Shown here: positions 13,813 through 24,704 of the stretch, in pieces
How positions within the stretch are numbered: position 1 is the stretch's first letter
Layout: each line of letters starts with the position of its first letter
Assembly (NCBI RefSeq): GCF_006345805.1
Contig: NC_042999.1
Location: forward strand, 168,888,001 to 168,952,000
DNA from: Octopus sinensis
Taxonomy: Eukaryota
Direction of reading: 5' to 3'
DNA: 64,000 nt
Notes under the pieces: model-generated
Told to the model about the DNA's origin: nothing
The model's database searches: none
Seen by the model: only the letters and a program-made list of their open reading frames with translations
Position numbers and translations under genes: made by a program

Positions 13813-13920
13813 ACTGGTAACAATATAAACAAAACTAAAAACATAATAAAATAATAAAATACACAGATGGAAGTAAATATCTATATACATTAAACAAAAA
13901 ATGTAACTAAACACAACCAA

Positions 13921-13967
<47 letters not shown>

Positions 13968-14235
13968 GTAGGTGTAAACACATGACCAAAATAAAAATTA
14001 ACAAAAATAAATTACACGAACGTGTATAAACAGGATACAAATATTACAGGCATCCCCCCACACACACACACTGACTAAGTATATACCTTTATGTGTGTCC
14101 ATACACACATAGAGGTATACGCATGCACAAATGAAGACACATAGAAAGGAAGCAAAAGTAATACAGCTATAGCAAAAAGTTTTAAATAAACTGAACAAGT
14201 CTGGAAAATTGCCAAGAAATTTCAAGAAACTTGAA

Positions 14236-14645
14236 GTGGCGCAGGAGTGGCTGTGTGGTAAGTAGCTTGCTAACCAACCACATGGTTGTGGGTTCAGTCC
14301 CACTGCGTGGCATCTTGGGCAAGTGTCTTCTGCTATAGCCCCGGGCCGACCAATGCCTTGTGAGTGGATTTGGTAGACGGAAACTGAAAGAAGCTTGTCG
14401 TATATATGTATATATATATATGTGTGTGTGTGTGTCTGTGTTTGTACCCCTAGCATTGCTTGACAACCGATGCTGGTGTGTCTACGTCCCTGCCACTTAG
14501 CGGTTCGGCAAAAGAGACCGATAGAATAAGTACTGGGCTTACAAAGAATAAGTTCCGGGGTCGATTTGATCGACTAAAGGCGGTGCTCCAGCATGGCCGC
14601 AGTCAAATGACTGAAACAAGTAAAAGAGTAAAGAGTAAAGAGTAA
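14236..14645 (+). mobile_element. SINE (same family as 8566) inserted in the transposase HTH region
   Basis: High similarity to 8566-8963; the transposase frame is present on both sides. Confidence 0.9.
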
Positions 14646-15473
14646 ACTGGTTCCACTACTGATCAACTTGGACGTGGCTGAAAAAGAAGTGTGTGGACCC
14701 CCAGGTAATCTAAAGTACCAGAGAAAATATACAGTGTAATCCTCGTCATTCCATCAAGTGCTGACGGAAGATCTCAGGACCCACCCTTACAAGATGATCT
14801 TCATGAGACTGGAGAGAAGTTGTCTTATCATGCATCAGATTGCTGAAGGCATGCTGCCCAACCTGGTGTTTCCTAATGAAAAGAAATTTGACATCGAGTA
14901 GAATGATGGACTTTGGAGTGTATCTCACTCCGCCGAGGGTAGATTTATAAACCGATGTCAAAATCCACAGTCAGTTATGTTTTGGGTGGCTGTAACAGCC
15001 ACTGGAAGGTCTCCTCTCGTTTTTGTGCCCTTGGGTGTTAAAATTAACACTCAGCAATACATTAGGGACATTCTGGAAGGTGAAGTACTTCCATGGGTGA
15101 ATGAGCAATTTCAAGGCACACCTTGGGACCTCCAACAGGACTCGTCACCATCCTACAGCTCCAAACAGATGCAACACTGGATTCAGGAAAACATTCTGTC
15201 ATTCTTAGGCAAGGATACATAGCCCTGATCTCAACCTGTTGGATTTTTCTGTTCGGCCCATCTTTGAGACGAGGGTGTCGAGCACTCCTTATGCTTGACT
15301 TGATGCTCTGAAGGCAAAACTGTACCAGGAACGGGCTTCAAATCCACAAGAACGGCTGTGTGCTGTGTGTGACGCATTTGAACCTAGATTTAAGGCTGTG
15401 AATTAAGGAGGTGGTCATGTAGGATAAATGTGGTAGTGTCCTAATTGTGTTTCCTTTACCATTGCAATGCTCG

Positions 15474-15704
15474 TGTTATGTGTAGTTTCGTTCTCGATGG
15501 ATGATAGACAACTCAAATGAAGCCATTGTTATTGTTTTACGTGTTTATTTACTTTACTTGTTACACGAACTGTCAACATCAGCGTAGTAATACATATATA
15601 CTTTAGACACAGTTCGTACTGTTTACTAACAAAATAGTGCCAAAAGTGGGGATGTATTCTACACACGTATACCTACGTATACACATAGATATGAATGTGT
15701 TACA
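15474..15704 (-). repeat. 3' LTR
   Basis: Three substitutions seen versus 19990-20220. Polypurine tract AAGAAGGGA at 15705-15713 (minus strand). Confidence 0.97.
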
Positions 15705-15896
15705 TCCCTTCTTGAAAAAAAAATAAAGGGGTCTTTTAGTAGTGAAGACAAATATAAGTAGTCTCCCTTACTCTAATGGATTGTCAGCGCGAGGTGACAA
15801 TCCTGCAGCAGAAACCGTGAGATTATTCTGCCTCTGCTTTGTAATCTAGCAGAATTAGTTATTTATCTTTTCATTTTCTTTTTTTTTTTTTTTTCT

Positions 15897-18800
15897 TTAA
15901 CGGTATCGAACCGGTGGCAGAATGTTCTTTCTCCATCTGGTGGATCTTGTGCTTCGCACCGGTGTCTGAGGTGTGTTGTTGGGCTGCTGATGGGTGTTTG
16001 GTGCCCGTTGGGGTGATGATTCTGTGGGTGTTGTCACTGATGCAAAAGGTGTTGTACACGTTGTCCTCGACAGCTTTGGTGTTGGGCGGATGTGGGCCCT
16101 GTTGCGTCTCAGCTGCCTACCAGATTCCGTTTCTATTATATACGGTCTTGGATTTTCAGCTCTACTGACAACCTGTGCTGGGATCCATGTTTTAGTTATG
16201 GGATCTTGAGTATGCACATGTCCTCCAAGCATCTCAGGTAAATATTGTGCATGTTTGTTGTAATACCTCTGTGATTGTTCTTGAGTGGCTGCTAGCTTTG
16301 CCCTTGTCTCTTCCTGGTCAATAGGAGGTTGGATCTTAGTTGGCAAGGTAGTTTTGTACTTCCTGCCACTCTGCAATTCTGCTGGGGATTTCATGTCAGC
16401 TATGAGTGGGTCGCTCGTAGGGACAGAAGTGCCAGGTGTGGGTCTTCCTTAGTCTCTCGGCATTTGACTAGTGTTCTCTTCACTGTCTACATCTGTCTTT
16501 CTATAAACCATGACCTTTGGGGTAGTGTGGAGATGAGGTTGTAATATTGAACCCATACTCATCGGCTAGCTTTTTGAACTCTTGCGATGTGAACTGGGTT
16601 CCATTGTCACATATGACCTGCTCTGGTATTCCTTGCTCTGTTAGAAGTCCTCGAGCCACTGTAGTGATTGTTTTGGCTCTCAGGTCTTTCACTTTTCTCA
16701 CAAATGGAAATTTGGAGTAGTAGCAGGCCAATATCAAATACCATTCTTGGCTCTCTGTGAACAGATCTACTACAATAGTTTGCCATGGCCTTCTTGGGAT
16801 GTCACTAGATATCATTTCCTCCTTTTGTTGTGAGTTTCTGTACTTTTGACAGATGTGGCATGTAGAAACTGTCTTTTCTATGTCTTTGTACATGCCTACC
16901 CAATATACTGCTGACTTGGCTCGGAGCTTGCATTTCTCCATTCCTAGATGCCCTTGGTGGATCTTGTCAAGAATCTCTTTTTGCATTGACTTGGGTATAA
17001 TTATTCGGGATCCAGCCATCAGGATTCCATTCTCCACTGATATATCTTCATGGATGGCCCAATATTCACGAATGAGGGGCTGCACCTGACGTCTCTTTTC
17101 TGGCCACCCCTGAATCACCATCTGAGTAAGGAGCTGGTGTTCTTCATCTTTGCTGGTCTCCTCTTTGATTTCAGCTAGCTTTGTGGTTGTTACATTTACA
17201 ATGTGGTGGACCTTTCTGCTTGGTCCTTCCATCTCCTGTTTATCATGTGAGGATAGTCTGGAAAGAGCATCCGCCAATATCAGGTCTTCTCCTGGCTTGT
17301 ACCTGATATCGTAGTCGTATGTTTGAAGCCTTAACAGTAATCTTTACAGTCTGGCTGGTACTTTCGAGAGGTTTTTTCTATGTATTTGTTCTAGCGGGCG
17401 CTGGTCTGTTTCAATATTGAAATGTCTGACATACAGGTATGTATGGAACCTTTCACATCCATATACTACTGCCAGGAGTTCCCTTTCAATATTTGCGTAC
17501 CTGTGGGTGAGAGAGCTTTCGAGGCATATGCAATGGGTTTACCTTCCTGTATCAGTGCTGCGCCAACTCCTCTCATAGAAGCATCGACTTGGAGTATTAC
17601 TGGTTTGCGTCTGTCATAGTATTGCAGAGTTGTCTCCTTGCTGATGAGCTTTTTGACTGCTTTGAAATCCTGTGTGTGTGTGAAGCACACCAATCAAACT
17701 CTAAGTCATCTTTGTTTAGCTCTCGGAGATCTGCAGCTTGGGTATGAAGGCTCCCATGTAGTGGATGAGTCCCAGGAAGCTCCTGAGTTCCTTCTTGTCT
17801 TTGGGTTCTTTGATGTCTCTGATGGCTTCCACTTTAGCGGGGTCTGGTTTAACTCTCTCTGCAGAGTATATAATTCCAAAGAATTTGCACTCCTTTGCTT
17901 TTATCACACACTTGTCTGTATTGACTTTGATACCTGCTTGTCGGGTTTTCTCCATAGCTTCATGTAAATTCAAGTCATGTGTGGTCTCATCCTTGCCATG
18001 CACTTGGATATCATCTGCTATCCCAATTGCTCCCTTGCAGCCTTGGTAGGTCTCATCTATTTGGCGCTGGAAAACATCTTGGCTCACCTTCAATCCAAAT
18101 GGGAGTCGGTTAAATCGATATCTGCCAAATAGTGTGTTGAAGGTAGTGAGCATGGATGACTCTTTGTCTATCTTTACATTCCAGTACCCATTACTGGCAT
18201 CCAGTTTGCTGAATAATTTGGACCCAGCCAATGATGGTGTGATTTCTTCAAGGGTTGGAATTGGATGGTGCTCTCTTTTTAATGCCTTGTTCAGGTCCCT
18301 AGGGTCAAGGCATATCCGTAGGGTACCATTGGGTTTTTCCTTGATTACAATTGAATTCACCCAGTCTGTTGGTCGTGTCACTTTGGTGATTATTTCTTTT
18401 TTTTTCCATTCTGTCCAACTCTGTCTTCAGCTTCTCTTTTAGTTCTAGAGGGACGTGGCGAGGTGGGTGAACAATTGGTTTGATATTGGGGTCGACTGTT
18501 ATATGGTATCGACATTTCACAAAGCACCCGACTGTATCGTCAAAGCATTCAGGGTACATGCTTATCAGTTCTTCTTTGTTTGTGATTGGTGGTCGGTCTT
18601 TGATAGGCATATCTCTGTCAATCCTGCTTGGAACTGCCTTCACTTCACCATTGATTGACACAATGTTAAGCTTTTGACAGGTATTGAGTCCAAGAATTAC
18701 TGGTCCTTCTGTTCTTGTGACATAAAAAGAACAGTCGATTATTTTTCCTTTGTGTGTCCCTGTGATAGTTGTTTTACCCAGTTGTGGAATCCTGGTACCT

Positions 18801-18945
18801 CCGTACGCAGTGAGGATTACATCACTTGGTGTGAGGATTCCTTCTTTGACTTTATCCTCTTGTGTCATGTGTTCTGGGAACATCTTTTTGTGGAGGTTGA
18901 CAGGCAAGATATCACTCTGGGCTCCAGTGTCAATCTTCAGCCTTA
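15897..18945 (-). pseudogene. pol: Gypsy pol (protease, RT, RNase H, integrase), several frameshifts
   Basis: LKIDTGAQSDIL, FSKLDASNGYW, RLPFGL, GIADDIQV, LQVDAS...IAYASKAL, integrase HQGHLG..CK...CHIC, VICDNGTQF. Confidence 0.93.
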
Positions 18946-18987
18946 AGTCAATGTTTATTCGTTTCTTGCCAGACTTCTTTTGAATTC

Positions 18988-19899
18988 TTATTGTTGTGTA
19001 TGCCTCATTTCTTTTCTCTGGTCGCCATTTCCCATCTCATGCACATTTATTTTGCCGACTGCCAAGAATTCCTCCTCTGAGGTGCTTTGTTCTTGTTGTT
19101 GGGCATGTATATATCTTTTTCTATTTCCGCTCCTTTTTGAAAATTGGGGCTTGTATTTCTGGAATTTTGTTAGCCTACACATTTTTTCCCAGTGGTTGGG
19201 TTTTCCACATGCTTTCCAGTGTGTACGGAACGCAGGACATTTCTTCCGGTTATTGAACTCCTGCTCTGTACCACAGTACTGGCATGTTCTTTGTTTGTGG
19301 GTATGTTTCGTCCTGTGCCTAGATACAATATCTACACTGCTGCCTAGTGCGCTTGTTTGTAAAGTAAGTGAGGCCACTTGTTTGGTAGTGGCTTGGATTG
19401 CTCTTGCAGTGTCTACAGTTTCCATTAACTGGAGAGCGTCCTTACCTATGAGGGATTTCTGAACTTCTTTATGAGCACACCCTCATATTAGTTGATCAAC
19501 AATTCTTTCGTCCTTATCTTTGAATTTGCATTTTTCGGCAACATTCTTTAGTCTGGACAGGAAGTTGTCAATCGTTTCTTGTGGGTCTTGTTTCAGGCCC
19601 TGGAATTCGTATCTGTGAATTCTATGGTTCGATCTGGGCTCTAGGTGCCTTTCAAATTTCTCTAAAAGTGTGTCTCGGTTATTGCAATCCGATTCTGACA
19701 TGTCCCAGCAATTGAATAGGTCTAAGCCCTTCTCTCCCGTCCATAAAAGGATGTAGCTTACCTTTTCATCGGCGGTTGTACCTTTCGGGAAACTTTTGAA
19801 AGCTAGTTGAGTTTTCTGTTTGAATTTCTTGAATGCTTCCACGATATCATCGGAGTCCCAGTTCATGATCGGATGTAGATTCATCTGTACGGCGACCAT
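18988..19899 (-). pseudogene. gag: Gypsy gag in two broken frames
   Basis: LLWTGEKGLDLFN...HRIHRYEF...QETIDNFLSRL and a degenerate double zinc knuckle CQYCG...CPAFRTHWKACGKPNHWEKMC. Confidence 0.85.
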
Positions 19900-19978
19900 G
19901 AGTGTGTCCGAAGACGAAGCGCTGGTTCGTTGTGTTTCTGTTTTGTTGTAAATGCACAGTTTCTGATTAATTATTTAT

Positions 19979-19989
19979 CGCTGCCACCA
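19979..19989 (-). promoter_or_regulatory. Primer-binding site, probably tRNA-Leu
   Basis: TGGTGGCAGCG immediately inside the 5' LTR, complementary to the tRNA 3' end CGCUGCCACCA. Confidence 0.85.
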
Positions 19990-20220
19990 TGTTATGTGTA
20001 GTTTCGTTCTCGATGGATGATAGACAACTCAAATGAAGGCATTGTTATTGTTTTACGTGTTTATTTACTTTACTTGTTACACGAACTTTCAACATCAGCG
20101 TAGTAATACATATATACTTTAGACACAGTTCGTACTGTTTACTAACAAAATAGTGCCAAAAGTGGGGATGTATTCTACACACGTATACCTACGTATACAC
20201 ATAGATATGAATGTGTAACA
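19990..20220 (-). repeat. 5' LTR
   Basis: Near-identical to 15474-15704. Confidence 0.97.
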
Positions 20221-20401
20221 GCTCGGACCTAAAATATAACAACATTTTGCTTTGGCAAAATTGAAAAAAGTTGGTTGCCTTAGTTTTGGGATGTCCTGTA
20301 TGTATGTACGTACGTACGTACGTATGTATGTACGTATGTATGTATGTATGCATGTATGTATGTATGTATGAATGTATGTATTATGTATGCATACATGCAT
20401 G

Positions 20402-20459
<58 letters not shown>

Positions 20460-22259
20460 CGAAATTAATAAAGAAGCTAGCCTCATCGCCGCTAAACTTA
20501 AATTAGATAAAAAAAATAGAAGCCCTCCCCCAAAAAGAGGCCTTTATTACCATTAAAGATCACAAAGAAAACTTCCTTTCCAACCCTAAATGTAGGCTTA
20601 TCAACCCAGCCAAGTCAGAACTTGGGATTATTAGTAAAGAAATTTTAGATAAAATAAATACGAAAATTAAGACCGATACTAGGCTAGTACAATGGTCCAA
20701 TAGTATAGAAGTCGTCGACTGGTTTAAAGCTATTAATAAGAAAAAAGCGAGGTTTACGCAATTCGATATTGTTGATTTTTATGCCTCTATCTCTAAAGAA
20801 CTGCTAGATAGAGCCCTCATCTTCGCTAGCGACTTCATAGAAATTAGTACCAATGATAAGGACATAATCTTCCATGCTAGAAAGACATTACTTTTCAGTG
20901 AGAACGCAAAGTGGGTAAAAAACACCGACACAGAGGGCGCTTTCGATGTGAGCATGGGTTCATATGATGGGGCAGGCATCTGTGATCTAATTGGACTTTT
21001 TCTCCTAGATACCTAAGGTAAGACATTCCCTAACGTACATTTCGCCATCTACAAAGATGATGCCCTCGCCTTAACAGCTAATACAAATGGACCAGCACAA
21101 GATCGTTTTAGGAAGGATATTATCCAGTTAATGAAATACTTCGGACTTAGTATAACTATAGATACTAACCTGACGGTTGTCAATTTCTTGGACGTTTCCT
21201 TAGATCTTAATAAGAATATTTATAAGCCTTATAGGAAGCCCAATGATAGACTAAGTTATATTAATGTAGGTTCATGCCATCCCCCTATAGTATTCAAAAA
21301 TTTAGTTTAAAATATTAGTAAGAGGATTTCTAGCCTCTCCTCTGATAAGGACATCTTCAATAGCGTTGCCCCAGTTTATAATAAGGCTTTAAAAGATAGT
21401 GGTTTTAGCGAAAAAATAAAATATACACCCATCACTAGCCCAACAGTAAGGAAAAGGAATAAAAGAAATAGGAAGGTCATCAATATAGGTAAATATTTCC
21501 TAGCACTGATAGATAGACATTTTCCAGTTAACCATACTTATAGGAAACTCTATAACCACTAAAGACACCGTTTCGACGAAGAAATACGTGGGCCTTACAG
21601 AGGGTAATTTCAAGGCCAGGTTTAGGCACTGGAACAAAAGAAAAGCGACACAATTATTTAATCATATTTGGTCTTTAAGAGATAAAGGTGTCGGTTATAA
21701 CATACAATGGAAGATTTTGGGCAGACGTAAGCCCTATACCAACGGCAGCGGAAGGTGCGGTCTATGCGACATGGAGAGATGGCTTATCTGGAAAAGCAGC
21801 TTAGACCCTACTACATGTCTAAACACAAGGACAGAACTTTTCGGATCATGCCCATATGTGACTAAATTTCTGTTACGTTTTTGGTCCCCTAAAGAAAACA
21901 GATAGAACCTGCTTTCTATGTTATGTCCCAAGAAGATTTTATATATTTTTATATATTTTAATATATTTTTTATGTATTTTTATATAATTTTTATGACGAA
22001 AAATGCGAGCGATGTATAAGTACGCAGGCAAAGCAGAGTTATAACACAGTAATTTCCCTTTATATAACGGTATTTTTTCATAACGTTTTCAAATAGCCAG
22101 ATAACCGAAGAGATGGTGTTGTGGATTTCCACTTCGGCATCTGAAACTCAGAGTTTTATCTTGACTATCGAGTAATGTAACATATTATTTTATAGATAAA
22201 TTTCCTCTATTTACATAATATTGAGGTCTCTTTCTTTCTTTTGTTATCTTACCGTTTTA

Positions 22260-22260
<1 letters not shown>
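20460..22260 (+). mobile_element. Penelope-like element: RT, GIY-YIG and pLTR; 5'-truncated, internally deleted
   Basis: CRLINPAKSELG, FTQFDIVDFYASI, MGSYDGA, YKDD, FLDV; YVGLTEGNFKARF...CGLC; degenerate hammerhead at 22099-22161. Confidence 0.92.
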
Positions 22261-22302
<42 letters not shown>

Positions 22303-22488
22303 TCTGTATAAGAGTACATTATATAAATATCTATACAGAAATATGTTTGTATGACTATGGGGATTCATATATAAATTTTAATTTGGCTTAAAATTCATCA
22401 AAGGGATATTGCATATATATTTGGGGGGGTGCGTTCACGTGTATGTGAATGTATGTATGAGGGTGTTTGTGTATATTTAAATGTGTGG

Positions 22489-23290
22489 ATCTTTTCCTTT
22501 TGAACGGCACTTTGTAACATAATTTCTAGGTAACTAAAAAGTTTTAAACTTCGTATACTGGTAGAATGTGTTTATAAAACATCATTTTCTCTTGGTTTTA
22601 TTGAGAAAATTCTATAGTTTGTAAGATATATCGTCTGAAATTTCGAGCATTTCGGCAATTTTAACCAATCGATTACCTCCATTGAGCTAAAATTATTTGC
22701 TGCGTCTAAAACTGAGACATCCTGTCACTAACCCTAAACCTCACCCTAACCCTAACCCTATTTTTTTTTCTTAATTGTTAAATTAATTTAATTGTTACGC
22801 GTGTAAAAAAAAACGAAAGTAATGGAAAATAATTTCAACAATTAACAAACAAAATAATTCTATAATTTTATACACACGCTTTCCGTACGTATACGGAAAT
22901 TTTATACACACGCTTTCCGTACGTATACGGAAAGCGTGTGTATAAAATTATAGAATTATTTTGTTTGTTAATTGTTGAAATTATTTTCCATTGCTTTCGT
23001 TTTTTTTACACGCGTAACAATTAAGAAAAAAAAATTTAGGGTTAGGGTGAGGTTTAGGGTTAGTGACAGGATGTTGTCTCAGTTTTAGACGCAGCAAATG
23101 ATTTTAGCTAAATTAGAGGCGATTCATTGGTTAAAATTCGAAAAATTAAACTACGTTAAACAAACGAATTACAATTTTATCAAGAAAGCCAAGAGAAAAA
23201 AAATGTTTTATTTTGACAAATTCTACCTGTATACGAAGTTTTAAAGTGTTTAGTTAACTAGAAATTGTGTGCCGTTGAAAAGGAAAAGAT
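22489..23290. mobile_element. ~800-bp fold-back (MITE-like) palindrome with internal TTAGGG-like repeats
   Basis: Arms ATCTTTTCCTTTTGAACGGCAC... and ...GTGCCGTTGAAAAGGAAAAGAT; centre TTCCGTACGTATACGGAA. Confidence 0.8.
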
Positions 23291-23486
23291 TCAAATGTGC
23301 TTATTCACGTGCATGAATTCATGTCTATGTATGTAGACATAACTATGTCTGTATATGAATATACAAATATATATACTTGCATACATACAACAAAAACGTT
23401 CTTAATATATTTTACAACGATGTTAAAAGACATGCAAAAGAAAAGAATAAAATGATATAATGCAGTGTGAGTTATATATGTATGTG

Positions 23487-23592
<106 letters not shown>

Positions 23593-23770
23593 CACAGACA
23601 CACAGACACACACACAGAAGGATATACACTTATGTAAAATATATACATAAATAAACACATATGCGCATGCGCGCACGTGTGTGTGTGTGTGTGTTGTGTG
23701 TGTGTGTGTATTGTTATGTCTAGGGAGAGTCATTTTGCAACCCATGAATACACATACAGAATCTTTATCA

Positions 23771-23834
23771 TAGAATGACCAACGGTTTCGCATCCACAAA
23801 GGCCTTGGTCACGCAAACGTCTCGTCAGACTCTA
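23771..23834 (-). ncRNA. Minimal type I hammerhead ribozyme candidate
   Basis: TAGAGT-CTGACGA-G..stem II..C-GAAA-CCGTTGG-TC-ATTCTA. Confidence 0.65.
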
Positions 23835-24627
23835 AAGCCAAAGACAAATGTACTTCTTCACCCCAAGGAGGCAGGAATCTATTACGGCCACTTGGTTAGT
23901 TTTCACCAAACCGGGGTCAGTGGGTACGTGTTATTTCCCTTAGACTAGTTTTTGGGGGATCCAAAAGCGGTGTAACAAGGGGTTTATCCTTTGGGCTGCT
24001 TACGATCATAAGGACCTTTCTGAGCTTAATCAGAAGGGTCCTTACGATCCTTAGACCAGTTGTGGGCTAAAAGAAAGGAAACAAGGGATTTATCCTTTGG
24101 GCTGTTTATGGATCGTAAGGACACTTCCAGGTTTAATTGCAGAGTCCTTTTGATCCATAAGAAGTTCCTGGAACAAATTCCTTGTTCCCCCTTTTTTGAA
24201 TTAAAAAGACTGGTCTAAGGGAGATAACCTCAGACTAGTTATTCAAAACCTATTTCTGCAAAACTATTGGTCACTCAATGATTGGACATAAACTTAGTTA
24301 CGTTAATGTTCTGTGCTTCTTTTTTTGGATTGACCACACACACACACACACACGCACGCGCACACACACGCGCGCGCGCGCACATAGGTTTCGCGTTGCA
24401 AACCTGTATACATACATACATACATACATACATACATACGTATATGTGTGTGTGTAGACAGAGAGTGAGAGAGAGAGAGAGGTTTGGTGTTGCAAACAGA
24501 AAAAAAATATGAATCAATGTATATTTTTATTAGCAGAAGTGAAAGAGTTAGCATTTTGTATTAATTGCTGTTATTATTATATATGCTTCTGTTAAATATT
24601 AATATACTATAATATAATATATATATA

Positions 24628-24669
<42 letters not shown>

Positions 24670-24704
24670 TATTCTATAATATATATATATATTGTATAAT
24701 ATCA

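Larger units (their letters stand above)
15474..20220 (-). mobile_element. Ty3/Gypsy (Mag-like) LTR retrotransposon, near full length, frameshifted
   Basis: 231-bp TG..CA LTRs, 5-bp TSD GCTCG (15469-15473 and 20221-20225), PBS, PPT, order gag-PR-RT-RH-INT. Confidence 0.97.
14155..20300 (+). mobile_element. Degraded Tc1/mariner (maT/DD37D-like) transposon hosting a SINE and a Gypsy element
   Basis: HTH remnant AIAKSFK*TEQVWKIAKKFQET before the SINE, then EDLRTHPYKM and VMFWVAVTATGRSPLVFVP...QQDSSPS. TIR-like end TTTTGGGATGTCCTGTA at 20284-20300. Confidence 0.8.

Noticed and set aside
17638-17672. CTGATGA...GAAA within the Gypsy RNase H region
   Set aside because: No stem III/UH/stem I pairing; explained by coding sequence on the opposite strand.
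22728-23064. Interstitial telomere or chromosome fusion site
   Set aside because: Only a few degenerate repeats, placed symmetrically inside a fold-back element.
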